Assembly (NCBI GenBank): GCA_024681775.1
Contig: JAILAF010000022.1
Coordinates: 80 to 64,079 of the forward strand
DNA length: 64,000 nucleotides
Source: Lachnospiraceae bacterium
GTDB lineage: Bacteria; Bacillota; Clostridia; Lachnospirales; Lachnospiraceae
Direction of reading: 5' to 3'
Positions 8,874-18,811 of this stretch are shown here, piece by piece; position 1 is the first letter of the stretch; every line of letters starts with the position of its first letter. The translations under genes and the position numbers were made by a program. The notes below the pieces were generated by a model, which was not told the DNA's origin, did not search any database, and saw only the letters and a program-made list of their open reading frames with translations.

Positions 8874-9956
8874 TCAGCTGTTTAAACCTACCTGCATGAC
8901 GATCTCGGCAGCGACGTTATCCAGAGGAACCACCTGATCGGAAAGACCCGCCTTGGCCACGGCTTTTGGCATGCCGTAGATGGTGCTGGTCTCTTCGTTC
9001 TGGGAGATGACATGAACCTTTTTGACTTCTTTCAGGTTCTTGATGCCCTCCGTGCCGTCCGCACCCATACCCGTCAGCACCACACACACGATCTTGTCGA
9101 ACTTGGAAGTCCGCAGCGATTCGTACATGTAGTTCGCACAGGGCTTAACGCCCTCACGAATGGGTTCGTCCGTGTAATGAATGGTGTACCCGCCTGCGCC
9201 GGACACGACATTCATATGCATTCCGCCCTTGGCCAGATATACCGTCCCGCATTCGAGGCGGTCGCCTTCCTGGGCCTCCACCACATGCACCTCACTCATG
9301 GAGTTCAGACGCTCCGCCAGGGAAGCGGTGAATCCTTTGGGCATGTGCTGCACCAGTACCACCGGTGCATCCAGATTGGCCGGGAGTCTGGGGATCACGG
9401 ACTGGAGTGCCTTCGGGCCGCCGGTGGAGCTGGCCATGGCCACGATCTTGCGTCCTGCGATCCTGGTAGAGGACTTCTGAAGGATTCCGATGAACTTCTT
9501 GTTCTCTTCCTTCTTCTCGGCGACTCTGGCAGGAGAATCGAATACCGGAGGACGGCTGATGACAACGCCGTGGAGGATCCGCAGGAAGTTCTGCTGGAAG
9601 ACTCCGTCGCGGCAGCTGTTTGCCGAGTCCGGCTTGTGAATGAAGTCCAGGGCTCCCAGTTCCAGCGCGTCCAGAGTGGTCTGTGCGCCTTCCTTGGTAT
9701 CCGTGCTGGCCATCATCACACGAACATGGATGCGATATTTGCGAAGCTCTCCCAGCAGCTGCAGTCCGTTCATCTTGGGCATGTTCACGTCCAGGACCAC
9801 TGCGTCGTACTTGTTTCTGCTGAGGAGATCGAAAGCTTCCAAACCGTTCACGGCCTGGTCTGCCACTTCGAAATCATCATCTGAATCGATTATATCACGG
9901 AGCACTCTTCTCATGAGTGCAGAGTCATCTACAAGTAAGATTTTTTTCTTAATCAT
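8874..9956 (-). CDS. cheB: Chemotaxis methylesterase CheB
   Basis: Receiver domain (LLVDDS, LDVNMP); catalytic SSTGGP, QHMP, LTGMGADG. Confidence 0.97.
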   Translation of the reverse strand: MIKKKILLVDDSALMRRVLRDIIDSDDDFEVADQAVNGLEAFDLLSRNKYDAVVLDVNMPKMNGLQLLGELRKYRIHVRVMMASTDTKEGAQTTLDALELGALDFIHKPDSANSCRDGVFQQNFLRILHGVVISRPPVFDSPARVAEKKEENKKFIGILQKSSTRIAGRKIVAMASSTGGPKALQSVIPRLPANLDAPVVLVQHMPKGFTASLAERLNSMSEVHVVEAQEGDRLECGTVYLAKGGMHMNVVSGAGGYTIHYTDEPIREGVKPCANYMYESLRTSKFDKIVCVVLTGMGADGTEGIKNLKEVKKVHVISQNEETSTIYGMPKAVAKAGLSDQVVPLDNVAAEIVMQVGLNS

Positions 9957-10012
9957 TTATAAACTCCTCCCACAAGTATTCTTCACCGATCCGTTTCTTT
10001 CGGATCCCCTCA

Positions 10013-10732
10013 TCAGCTCCTGCTGCGGTTTTTCCGCTCTTCCTCAAAGATGAACTGGATGATCTCCTCTCTCTGGGCTTCGTTCATATTGACATACTGG
10101 ACCCGGTGCTCGTAGGTGTCGGGACGGTTCTCCAGGGCGCGGACCGCCAGAACCTTGCCCACCACCTCGTAGTGCCGTCTCTCGCCGCCCTTCAGCAGAT
10201 CGTAGCTGCAGTAGAGCATACTGCCGGGCTCATATTTCTGGTTGGACATAAAGCGGAGTCCGCCGCCGGAGATGTCCACGATGACGCTGCGCTTGATGGG
10301 CATGTTGGGCTGCAGGATCATGGGATGGCTTTCTTCCAGAGACTTGATCTCCTCCTCCACCAGGGTGCGGGAGCACATCTCCAGCGCGCAGCTGAAGCGG
10401 TAGTACTCTCTGCGCTGGTACTTCCGCAGATTGCTGGTGAGTTCCACCACCACCAGGTAGAGGTTGTTGCTCTTGTAGCGGTCGATGACCGTGGCAAAGC
10501 ACTGGAACAGACCGGTCTTGGTATAAAAGATCAGGTTGAATTCCGCGTCCACGGGGAGCAGGATGAGCTTCGTCTGCTCCATGGGCATGAGGATCTCCAG
10601 CTGATCATCGGAAAGGATGGCCGAGACCTTGGAAGTATAGACCTTTCCGTCCTTGCCGGCCTTGGATCCCATGGCGTGTTCCACGCTGGTCAGGTCGACT
10701 CTGTCGCTCTCTCTGATAAAGTTCGATAACAT
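10013..10732 (-). CDS. PilZ-domain flagellar brake protein (YcgR/DgrA-like)
   Basis: c-di-GMP motifs QRREYYR and DISGGG, with an N-terminal YcgR-like domain. Confidence 0.93.
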   Translation of the reverse strand: MLSNFIRESDRVDLTSVEHAMGSKAGKDGKVYTSKVSAILSDDQLEILMPMEQTKLILLPVDAEFNLIFYTKTGLFQCFATVIDRYKSNNLYLVVVELTSNLRKYQRREYYRFSCALEMCSRTLVEEEIKSLEESHPMILQPNMPIKRSVIVDISGGGLRFMSNQKYEPGSMLYCSYDLLKGGERRHYEVVGKVLAVRALENRPDTYEHRVQYVNMNEAQREEIIQFIFEEERKNRSRS

Positions 10733-10797
10733 ACGCTTCTCTCTTTCCGCCTTCCACAGTTGTCGTTGGCAGTCGTTCTATTTTTATGACGCTTTCG

Positions 10798-11667
10798 TCA
10801 TTTTCTTCCGAGGATGTGTGAGAAAAATGCAGCCATACCTCTGTTCTGCACCGGCTTCTCCCCTTCTGTCTCCAGGAGCTGCTCCGCGATGCGCTGGTAG
10901 GCCAGGCTGGCCCGGGCTGCGGGATGCTGCAGGGAGACGGGCACCTGCTGCATCACGGCTTTTTGCAGCTGCACGTCGTAGGGCACACTGCCCAGATAGG
11001 TCATGGGGAGCTTCAGGAAGCGCTGCACCACAGAGTTCAGCTTCCGGAACAGGGTCTGTCCCTCTTCCTCCTTCTCCACACGGTTGGCGATCATGCGGAT
11101 CCTGGTCTCCTCCCGGCGGAATCTGGGATGGCGGCTCAGGGCTTTCAGCAGGGAGTAGGAATCGGTGATGCTGGTAGGCTCCGGCGTGGTGATGAGGAGC
11201 ACTTCGCTGCTGGCCACCAGGAATTCCATGACTGCGTCGGAGATCCCTGCGCCGGTGTCCACGATGATGATGTCGGCGATGGAGTCCAGCTCCGTCAGGT
11301 TCCGGATGATGTAATCCAGGTAATCACGGCTCAGGTTGGACATGCCGGCGATGCCGGAGCCGCCCGAAATGAAGCCCACTTCCCCGGGGCCCCAGGTGAT
11401 GATATCCTTGATGTTTTTCCCTTGATAGATGAGATCGTAGAGGTTGTGCTTGGGCACCGCCCCAAACATGATCTCAATGTTTGCCAGTCCGAAATCCGCG
11501 TCCAGGATGATGACGCGCTTTCCCATTTTCTTGAAATGAATGGCAAGATTGATGGCGGTATTGGACTTGCCGACCCCTCCCTTACCGCTGGTAATGGTAA
11601 AAACTCTCGCGAGAGGTCTGGCCTGCTGGCCCGCCTTTATGATCCGAAGAGATTCTGCCTGGTCCAT
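10798..11667 (-). CDS. flhG: MinD/FlhG family flagellar number regulator
   Basis: Start MDQAESLR (11667); deviant Walker A SGKGGVGKS, DADFGLAN, VDTGAG, TTPEPTSITDSY. Confidence 0.95.
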   Translation of the reverse strand: MDQAESLRIIKAGQQARPLARVFTITSGKGGVGKSNTAINLAIHFKKMGKRVIILDADFGLANIEIMFGAVPKHNLYDLIYQGKNIKDIITWGPGEVGFISGGSGIAGMSNLSRDYLDYIIRNLTELDSIADIIIVDTGAGISDAVMEFLVASSEVLLITTPEPTSITDSYSLLKALSRHPRFRREETRIRMIANRVEKEEEGQTLFRKLNSVVQRFLKLPMTYLGSVPYDVQLQKAVMQQVPVSLQHPAARASLAYQRIAEQLLETEGEKPVQNRGMAAFFSHILGRK

Positions 11668-11707
11668 GAAACAACTCCCCCGTTCCTTTCCCGATATGTG
11701 ATACCAA

Positions 11708-11802
11708 AGCATTCAATGCATGCTGCATGTGCGCTCTCTTATTGACTCGCTGCGCTCCTCAATAAGCATCGTTTCGCAGAATAAGTTTTCAACTTATTCT
11801 GC
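11708..11802. repeat. Cluster of intergenic hairpins between flhF and flhG
   Basis: cttattga (11738-45)/tcaataag (11759-66) around gctgcgc; perfect gcagaataagtt-ttc-aacttattctgc (11776-11802); catgc-t-gcatg. Confidence 0.85.
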
Positions 11803-13200
11803 TCCACTCAAGAGCAGCTTTACGGTCTTTTGTGCATTGAAGACTTCGATGTCATCGGGAACATTCTGCCCATAGGTCACATAGGAAATGGGCTTCCCGG
11901 AATAATCCCGGATATTGTACAGATTTCCGAGGCTGGAGGTCTCGTCCAGCTTGGTAAAGATCAGCCGGAAATCGGAAATGCATTTGTAATTGTCCACGAT
12001 CTTCTTCAGATCCTTCAGCTTGGTGGTGGCACTGATCACCAGGAAGTTCTGGGTCTCCAGGCTGTCGGGCAGGCTCTCCAGGTAGCTCTTCTGCTGCTCC
12101 AGGAAGAGCTCGTTCTGGTGGGAATGGCCCGCGGTATCCACGAAGATATAGGAGCAGTCCCGGAAGTCCTCGATGGCTGCGGAGAGCTCCTCAGGGCTGT
12201 AGATCACCCGGAAGGGCACGCCCAGGATGCTGGCGTAGGTCCGGAGCTGATCCGTGGCTGCGATACGGTAGGTGTCGGTGGTAAGAAGCGCCACCTTCTC
12301 CTTGTCATTGACGGAGAGGGAGGAGGCGATCTTGGCGATGGTGGTGGTCTTGCCTACACCGGTGGGCCCGATGAAAAAGATGATCTTGGGCGTGTGATCC
12401 GCGGGGGTGATGCCCTCGGATCTGCCGAAGCGGAGGATCATCTTCTGGTAGATGGAGCTCAGAATGTAGTCCATGCCGGCGTTGGAGGGTCTGCCCTTCT
12501 GGGATTCGTTGATGATCTCGTTGGCCAGGCGCTCATCCACGTCGTTGTCCAGCATGGTGTTGTACAGGAGGCGTAAGAAGCGCTCCACCTCTTTCTCCCG
12601 CAGCTCTTCCGCGGTGGGGGTATGGGGCTCCTCGTCCTTCTGCAGTCCTCTGGCGGCTTCCTCGCCCTTTTCCTGGGCGCCGGTCAGCACTGCCTGATCC
12701 GTATTGAATCGATTCTCCAGCAGAGTCTGGAGGGAATCCAGCTTCTTCTCGATGGTTTCGGTGAGCTCGTGATCTGCTTCCTCCGCAGGCTTACGGCCTG
12801 CGCTGCCGGTCCCGTAGAGAGCCCGGGATGCGGGATCAGCGGATGCGGATGCGGTGCCGGGGGTACCGGATGCCTTGCTCTCCGCGCCGGGCGCAGCACT
12901 CTCCGCCGGGGTCTTTTTCCCCAGGAGGCTTTCCTTACCGCCCTGGGCGGCCTCGTTTTTCTGCCGCTGTCTGGCGTCCTGCTCCTGGGCGATCCTCCGG
13001 AGCTCCCGCAGGGAATCCTGCTGCTTGTCCTCTTCCTCCAGTGCAGCCGTCACTTCCACATGCTTGGAGCGAAGGAATGCGAAGGGGCCCTTGGGCTTTA
13101 CCTTGCGGACGTTCATAATGACAACGCCGTCACCCAGTTCCTTCCTGGCTGCTTCGGTTGCTTCGATCTCGGTTTTTGCCACAAATTTCTTGATGATCAT
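11794..13200 (-). CDS. flhF: SRP-family GTPase FlhF
   Basis: MIIKKF start; GPTGVGKTTTIAK, DTYRIAA, VDTAGHS, TKLDET. Confidence 0.97.
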   Translation of the reverse strand: MIIKKFVAKTEIEATEAARKELGDGVVIMNVRKVKPKGPFAFLRSKHVEVTAALEEEDKQQDSLRELRRIAQEQDARQRQKNEAAQGGKESLLGKKTPAESAAPGAESKASGTPGTASASADPASRALYGTGSAGRKPAEEADHELTETIEKKLDSLQTLLENRFNTDQAVLTGAQEKGEEAARGLQKDEEPHTPTAEELREKEVERFLRLLYNTMLDNDVDERLANEIINESQKGRPSNAGMDYILSSIYQKMILRFGRSEGITPADHTPKIIFFIGPTGVGKTTTIAKIASSLSVNDKEKVALLTTDTYRIAATDQLRTYASILGVPFRVIYSPEELSAAIEDFRDCSYIFVDTAGHSHQNELFLEQQKSYLESLPDSLETQNFLVISATTKLKDLKKIVDNYKCISDFRLIFTKLDETSSLGNLYNIRDYSGKPISYVTYGQNVPDDIEVFNAQKTVKLLLSGAE

Positions 13201-13201
13201 G

Positions 13202-15250
13202 TCAGATAGTTACCATTCCCACAGATTGTAATTCTACGTTGGACTCCACCTCGCTGTATGAAACCACCACGAGATCGCGGTAGTAGTCCTCCGTCAGGCG
13301 CTTGTAATAGATACGAACGATGGGCGATGTGATGACGATGGGCATCTTGCCCAGGTTCTCCAGCTTCTGCATTTCCTTCCCGGTGGAATCGATGATGGCC
13401 CGGGACTTGGCGGGATCCATGTTGAGGAAGGCGCCGTTCTCGGTCTGCTTGACACTTCCCATAATCTCCTGCTCCACCTTTGGATCCAGGGTGACCACGG
13501 AGGTGGTCTCATTGGGCGGGAAGAACTTGGAGGAAATGGCGCGCTTCAATGCCTGCCGCACATATTCCGTCAGGATGTCGGTGTCTCTGGTAGTGGGTGC
13601 GTAGTCCGCCAGGGTCTCCATGATGGTGAGGAGGTCGCGGATGGAAACGCCCTCCCGCAGGAGGTTCTGCAGGACCTTCTCGATCTCGCCCAGACCCAGG
13701 AGCTTGGGCGTGAGCTCCTCCACCAGGCTGGGATTGGTCTCCTTGAGGTTGTTGAGGAGTCCCTGTACGTCCTGTCTGGTCAGCAGCTCGTCGATGTGCT
13801 GGCGGATGATCTCCGTCAGGTGGGTGGCGATGATGGACGGGGGATCCACCACGGTGTAGCCCAGGGTCTCCGCTTTTTCTCGCTGCCCCTCGGTGATCCA
13901 GATGGCAGGAAGATGGAAGGAAGGCTCGAAGGTGGGGATACCGCTGATCTCCTCCTCCACGAATCCGGGATTCATGGCCATGTAATGGTCAAAGAGGATC
14001 TCGCCCTCGCTGACCTGAATGCCTTTGATCTTAATAATGTACTGGTTCGGGTTCAGCTGGATATTGTCCCGCAGACGGATGATGGGAACGATGGTACCCA
14101 GCTCCAGAGCGATCTGACGGCGGATCATGACCACGCGGTCCAGCAGATCGCCGCCCTGGTTCACATCCGCAAGAGGGATGATGCCGTAACCGAACTCCAG
14201 CTCGATGGGATCCACCTGCAGGAGGCTGTTGACGTTCTCGGGCTGACGGATCTCCTCCGCCTCTGCCTCTTCCTCCGTCACTTCCTTCTCCACGGTGGCC
14301 TCACGGATGGTCTTGGCAATGCTGCGTCCCGAGAGGATGAAGGCACCGCCCAGTCCGATGAAGAGGATGGTGTTCAGGTCCGTGGCCAGTCCCAGGAAGC
14401 ACAGCATGATACCGACGATGTAGAGCACCTTCGGAATACTGAAGAGCTGCTTGATCATGGTATTGCCGAAGTCCGCATCCTTGCTGCCTTTGGTCACCAG
14501 GATACCGGTGGCCAGGGAGATCATGAGGGAAGGGATCTGGGATACCAGACCGTCGCCGATGGTGAGGATGGAATAGCGGTTTAATGCGTCTCCCACTGCC
14601 ATGTTTTGGGTCAGGACACCCATGGCGATACCGCCCACCAGGTTGATGGCGGTGATAAGCAGGCCCGCGGCCGCGTCTCCCTTGACGTATTTCACGGCAC
14701 CGTCCATGGAGCCGAAGAAGCTGGACTCTTCCTGGATCTTTTCTCTTCTGCGCTTGGCTTCGGCGTCGTCGATGGCACCGGTATTTAAGTCCGCGTCGAT
14801 GGCCATCTGCTTACCGGGCATGGCGTCCAGGGTGAATCTCGCAGTGACCTCGGACACACGCTCGGAACCTTTGTTGATGACCATGAACTGGATGATGATC
14901 AGGATGATGAAGACGATGACACCGATGATCAGGTTGCCGCCGCCGACGAACTGACCGAAGGTCTCCACCACGTTTCCGGCGTTACCGTCCCTGAGGATGA
15001 GCCTCGTGGAGGAGGTGTTCAGGGCGATACGGAACAGGGTGGTGAAGAGCAGCATGGTAGGGTAGAAGGACATATCCAGCACTTCCTTGCTGAACATGGC
15101 TCCGAAGAGGATGGTCATGGCAATGGAAATGTTGAAGGCAAGAAGGATGTCCAAAACGCCGGCGGGAATGGGCACGATGAAAAGGATGATGGCCAGCATG
15201 ATATAGGCTGCGACAAAGACATCATTTCTTGACATTGCTTTTAATTTCAT
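13202..15250 (-). CDS. flhA: Flagellar export apparatus protein FlhA
   Basis: ERVSEVTARFTLDAMPGKQMAIDADLN, FFGSMDGAVKYVKGDA, GDGLVSQIP. Confidence 0.99.
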   Translation of the reverse strand: MKLKAMSRNDVFVAAYIMLAIILFIVPIPAGVLDILLAFNISIAMTILFGAMFSKEVLDMSFYPTMLLFTTLFRIALNTSSTRLILRDGNAGNVVETFGQFVGGGNLIIGVIVFIILIIIQFMVINKGSERVSEVTARFTLDAMPGKQMAIDADLNTGAIDDAEAKRRREKIQEESSFFGSMDGAVKYVKGDAAAGLLITAINLVGGIAMGVLTQNMAVGDALNRYSILTIGDGLVSQIPSLMISLATGILVTKGSKDADFGNTMIKQLFSIPKVLYIVGIMLCFLGLATDLNTILFIGLGGAFILSGRSIAKTIREATVEKEVTEEEAEAEEIRQPENVNSLLQVDPIELEFGYGIIPLADVNQGGDLLDRVVMIRRQIALELGTIVPIIRLRDNIQLNPNQYIIKIKGIQVSEGEILFDHYMAMNPGFVEEEISGIPTFEPSFHLPAIWITEGQREKAETLGYTVVDPPSIIATHLTEIIRQHIDELLTRQDVQGLLNNLKETNPSLVEELTPKLLGLGEIEKVLQNLLREGVSIRDLLTIMETLADYAPTTRDTDILTEYVRQALKRAISSKFFPPNETTSVVTLDPKVEQEIMGSVKQTENGAFLNMDPAKSRAIIDSTGKEMQKLENLGKMPIVITSPIVRIYYKRLTEDYYRDLVVVSYSEVESNVELQSVGMVTI

Positions 15251-15279
15251 GCTGTCCTCCTTTCATCTGAAATGGGTAA

Positions 15280-16386
15280 CTAAGATACTCTCCCCTGCAG
15301 GCTGTAGACAAAGGCCAGGACCTCCGCCACCGCCTGATACAGCTCCGGCGGCACCATCTCGCCGATCTCCACATTGTGATAGAGCATACGGGCCAGGGGC
15401 TTGTTTTCCACCATGCGGATGTCGTTTTCTCCGGCCACCTGCTTGATCCTCTGGGCCAGATACCCCTCTCCTTTGGCCAGCACGTAGGGTGCTTCCATCT
15501 CTTCGGGGTTGTAACGGATCGCCACTGCATAGTGGGTAGGGTTGGTAATGACCACATCCGCTTTGGGGATGTCAGCCATCATACGTCTTCTGGAAGCCTC
15601 CTGCATGCGCTGCCGGATCTTTCCTTTGATCTGGGGGTCACCTTCGGTATTTTTATACTCGTCCTTGACCTCCTGCTTGGTCATCATCATGTCCTTGTGA
15701 AACTTCCATTTCTGGTAACCGAAATCCGCCGCCGCGACGATGATGAAGAATGCGGAGATGCGGATCCCCAGGTCGGATACCAGCTCTCCCACCAGGCCGA
15801 TGGCCTGCATCAGCGGGATATCGTAAAAGGAAAAGAGGACCATGTAGGAATCGCGTATAAAACTGTAGGAAATATAGAAGATCAGCCCCACCTTTACCAG
15901 GCTCTTGATCAGCTCCACGATGCTGTTCAGGGAGAAGATCCGTTTAAAACCTGACAGAGGGTTCATTTTGCTGAACTTCGGCTGCAGGGGCTTGGCGGTG
16001 GGATTCCACTGAACCTGCACCAGGTTTGACAGGAATGCGACCAGAAAGCCGATGAGCAGGACGGGAAGCAGGATGAGGATGATCTGGTAGATCATGCTGC
16101 GGAAGAGGAAAAACATGTTCGTCGCAGGCATCCTGCCTTCGTAGAACTTCGCATACTCGGAAAGGTCTCCGTAGACATACTTCATGACCCCGATGAACTG
16201 GCTGCCCATGCGGCCGGCCCAGAACTTCAGGATCAGAAACATGGCAAGGAGACACAGGCAGCTGGGGATCTCCTTACTCTTGGCTACCTGCCCTTCCTTC
16301 CGGGCGTCATCTAGTTTTTTCGAGGTAGGTTCTTCGGTCTTGTCATCCCCACCTGCAAAAAACTGGAGGTTAAATTTCCAAAGCAT
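15280..16386 (-). CDS. flhB: Flagellar export protein FlhB
   Basis: Start reassigned to MLWKFNLQFFA (16386, TAATG overlap with fliR); KTEEPT, EGDPQIK, autocleavage NPTH. Confidence 0.97.
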   Translation of the reverse strand: MLWKFNLQFFAGGDDKTEEPTSKKLDDARKEGQVAKSKEIPSCLCLLAMFLILKFWAGRMGSQFIGVMKYVYGDLSEYAKFYEGRMPATNMFFLFRSMIYQIILILLPVLLIGFLVAFLSNLVQVQWNPTAKPLQPKFSKMNPLSGFKRIFSLNSIVELIKSLVKVGLIFYISYSFIRDSYMVLFSFYDIPLMQAIGLVGELVSDLGIRISAFFIIVAAADFGYQKWKFHKDMMMTKQEVKDEYKNTEGDPQIKGKIRQRMQEASRRRMMADIPKADVVITNPTHYAVAIRYNPEEMEAPYVLAKGEGYLAQRIKQVAGENDIRMVENKPLARMLYHNVEIGEMVPPELYQAVAEVLAFVYSLQGRVS

Positions 16387-17168
16387 TACATCATTCCTTC
16401 CACAACGGAGGCCATCAATGTCTTGATCTCCCCGAAGATCAGCTCCGATGCCCGGGGCATCAGGGAGACGGTGAGAAACAATATCCCCAGACCCAGGATC
16501 ACCTTCAGCTGCATACCGATGGAAAACATGTTCATCTGGGGAGAAACCCTGGCGATGATGCCAAGGATCGCATTCAGCATCATGACAGCACAAAAGATCG
16601 GCAGGATGATCTCAAAGCCGATCAGTACGTAGTTCCCGAGGAAGCGGATCATGGATTGTGCGATGTGGTCCCAGTGGAATACCACGGCATTCACCGGGAT
16701 GAGCTTGAAGGAATCCGCCAGGGCCCCCAGCAGGTAGCGGTACATGCCGCTGGCGATGAGGATCATGGAGAATCCGTAATTGTACAATCCGCCGGTGATG
16801 GAGATGTTCATGCGGGTGGCGGGGTCCAGGATCTGGACCATGCTCAGACCGATCTCCATATCCGCGATGGTACCGGCAAAGGTCAGGATGGAGCTGCAGA
16901 TATTGGTGGCAAAGCCCATCAGCAGTCCGCAGATGGCCTCTTTGATCACGATGACGGCGTACTCCACCACCGATTCCGTGATCACGGCGGGGGCGGGGGT
17001 CAGCACCTGATAGAGCAGCATGGAGGTAAAAAAGGACAGGGCGATCCGCACCGGTCGCGGCGTGTTGTTCATGCTGAAAAAGGGCGCCAGATAGATGAAG
17101 CAGCTCACTCTGGTCAGGATCAGCAGAAAATATTCCAGGTCATAAACGGAAAAGGAATAGTTAATCAT
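16386..17168 (-). CDS. fliR: Flagellar export protein FliR
   Basis: Multi-pass membrane protein; PQMNMFSIG motif. Confidence 0.96.
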   Translation of the reverse strand: MINYSFSVYDLEYFLLILTRVSCFIYLAPFFSMNNTPRPVRIALSFFTSMLLYQVLTPAPAVITESVVEYAVIVIKEAICGLLMGFATNICSSILTFAGTIADMEIGLSMVQILDPATRMNISITGGLYNYGFSMILIASGMYRYLLGALADSFKLIPVNAVVFHWDHIAQSMIRFLGNYVLIGFEIILPIFCAVMMLNAILGIIARVSPQMNMFSIGMQLKVILGLGILFLTVSLMPRASELIFGEIKTLMASVVEGMM

Positions 17169-17440
17169 TATTTATGAACATAGTAGCTGAAGGTGTGCCA
17201 GAGCTCCTGTGTGAACTCCACGATGGAGCTCATCATCCAGTTGCCGAGAAACATCAAAGTCAAAAAAATGCCCAAAAGCTTCGGAACGAAGGTCAGGGTC
17301 TGCTCCTGAATGGAGGTGACCGTCTGGAAGATACTGACCAGGAGACCGATAGCCATGGACACCAGCAAAATAGGCAGAGCACATTTCAAAATGACATAGA
17401 GTCCGCTTTGGATCATGTCCGCAACCGCTTCGGTAGTCAT
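17168..17440 (-). CDS. fliQ: Flagellar export protein FliQ
   Basis: Start MTTEAVADM; GLLVSIFQTVTSIQEQTLTFVPK. Confidence 0.97.
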   Translation of the reverse strand: MTTEAVADMIQSGLYVILKCALPILLVSMAIGLLVSIFQTVTSIQEQTLTFVPKLLGIFLTLMFLGNWMMSSIVEFTQELWHTFSYYVHK

Positions 17441-17475
17441 ATGTGCTCTCCTCTCCTGCATATTTCCCCGAAAGG

Positions 17476-17528
17476 GCGGGGATCCCCCGCTCCGGCGGAT
17501 CAGGCCGGGGCGCAGAATTCATTCCGCG
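17476..17528. repeat. GC-rich hairpin cluster between fliP and fliQ
   Basis: gcgggg-atc-ccccgc (17476-90); cgcagaat-tc-attccgcg (17511-28). Confidence 0.55.
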
Positions 17529-17536
17529 AAAAGCGG

Positions 17537-18403
17537 CTAATAGAAGGTCTTCACCAGCTCCCCGATGATCAGTGACCAGCCGTCCGCAAGGACAAACAGC
17601 AAGATCTTGAAGGGCATGGAGATGGTCGTGGGCGGCAGCATCATCATACCCATACTCATGAGGGCCGACGCCACCACCATGTCGATCACGATGAAGGGGA
17701 TGTAGATCATAAAGCCGATCCAGAAGGCGGTCCGCAGCTCGCTGACCATGAAGGCAGGCACCAGGATGGAGTTCGGGATATCATCCAGACTCCCGTTCCA
17801 GTCCCGCTGGGCGATCTCCATAAAGAGGTTCACATCCTTCACCTGGGTCTGGGGATACATGAACTCCCGCAGCGGCTCCATGGCCAGCTTGAGGAATTCC
17901 TCCTGCTCGATCTCATTCTCCTGGAAGGGAATGACAGCCGTGTCATTGATCTTCTGGATGGTGGGCTCCATGATGAAGAAGGTCAGGATCAGTGCCAGAC
18001 CTACCAGTACCTGGTTCGGCGGTGCCGTCTGGGTATTGAGCGCTGCCCTGGTAAAGTGCAACACAATGAGCACCCTGGTAAAGGATGTCATCATGATGAT
18101 CAGGATCGGCGCTATGGAGATGAGGGTCAGGGTGATGAGGATCCGCAACGCACCGTTTAAGGATCCGTTGTCATCGTCGTAGGTCAGGGTGATCCTGTTT
18201 ACCGTATTCAGGGTATTCAGGTCCTCCGGCGTCTCGGCGGTGGCGGGGTCCTCGATCACGGTGGTCACTTCCCTGTCGCCGGTCTCATGCTCGATGGCTT
18301 CGGATGCCTGGACGGGAATTGCCCTTAACCACAATATGCCTACCGTAACCAGCAGGCATATCGCTTTTATGATATTTTTTCCAGTCAGCTTCCGTAGCCG
18401 CAT
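17537..18403 (-). CDS. fliP: Flagellar export protein FliP
   Basis: MMTSFTR, PPNQVL, AFWIGFMIYIPF, MGMMMLPP, KILLFVLADGW. Confidence 0.97.
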   Translation of the reverse strand: MRLRKLTGKNIIKAICLLVTVGILWLRAIPVQASEAIEHETGDREVTTVIEDPATAETPEDLNTLNTVNRITLTYDDDNGSLNGALRILITLTLISIAPILIIMMTSFTRVLIVLHFTRAALNTQTAPPNQVLVGLALILTFFIMEPTIQKINDTAVIPFQENEIEQEEFLKLAMEPLREFMYPQTQVKDVNLFMEIAQRDWNGSLDDIPNSILVPAFMVSELRTAFWIGFMIYIPFIVIDMVVASALMSMGMMMLPPTTISMPFKILLFVLADGWSLIIGELVKTFY

Positions 18404-18810
18404 GAATCGTCATCCTTGTCGCTGTTTCCATCCGCGCTGGAAAGATTATTGCTTTTCGCAGTCTTCGCCTTACCCATGGCCTTCTCAAAGAGTCCGGAAA
18501 AGGACACACCTGTAGAAGGCGCGGAAAGCTCAAGCTCTTCCGCAGGCACATCTCCCAGATAGGTAGACTGTTCCCGCGAAAAGACCACTGCTTTGTAAGT
18601 ACGGCCCACCCGCACGATGGCGATCCATTTATTACCTGCCACGCGCGCGGACTCGACCACTTCGATATTTCTGCCGACTCCCTGCGCTTTCTGATAGTTC
18701 GCGATCCATCTGGTGACGTAAGCCGTGACCGCCAATACCGCCACAAAGATGATGAGAACCGTGATCAGCTGCGCATAGGAATTGCCGCCGGGCTGGGATA
18801 TGAGAAGCAT
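18385..18810 (-). CDS. fliO: Flagellar biogenesis protein FliO/FliZ
   Basis: Single TM followed by the FliO-like segment NIEVVESARVAGNKWIAIVRVG; located between cheY and fliP. Confidence 0.85.
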   Translation of the reverse strand: MLLISQPGGNSYAQLITVLIIFVAVLAVTAYVTRWIANYQKAQGVGRNIEVVESARVAGNKWIAIVRVGRTYKAVVFSREQSTYLGDVPAEELELSAPSTGVSFSGLFEKAMGKAKTAKSNNLSSADGNSDKDDDSCGYGS

Positions 18811-18811
18811 C

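Noticed and set aside
10753-10790. Sigma-28 promoter before the PilZ gene (TAAA-N15-AACGACAA)
   Set aside because: Three mismatches in the -10 element; too weak to support.
15280-16593. Long N-terminal extensions given by the ORF track (flhB 16593, lepA 55154, tpiA 59272, flhG 11712, fliH 32374, flgB 36759)
   Set aside because: They overlap upstream genes or promoters; downstream starts have an RBS or stop-start coupling and give family-typical lengths.
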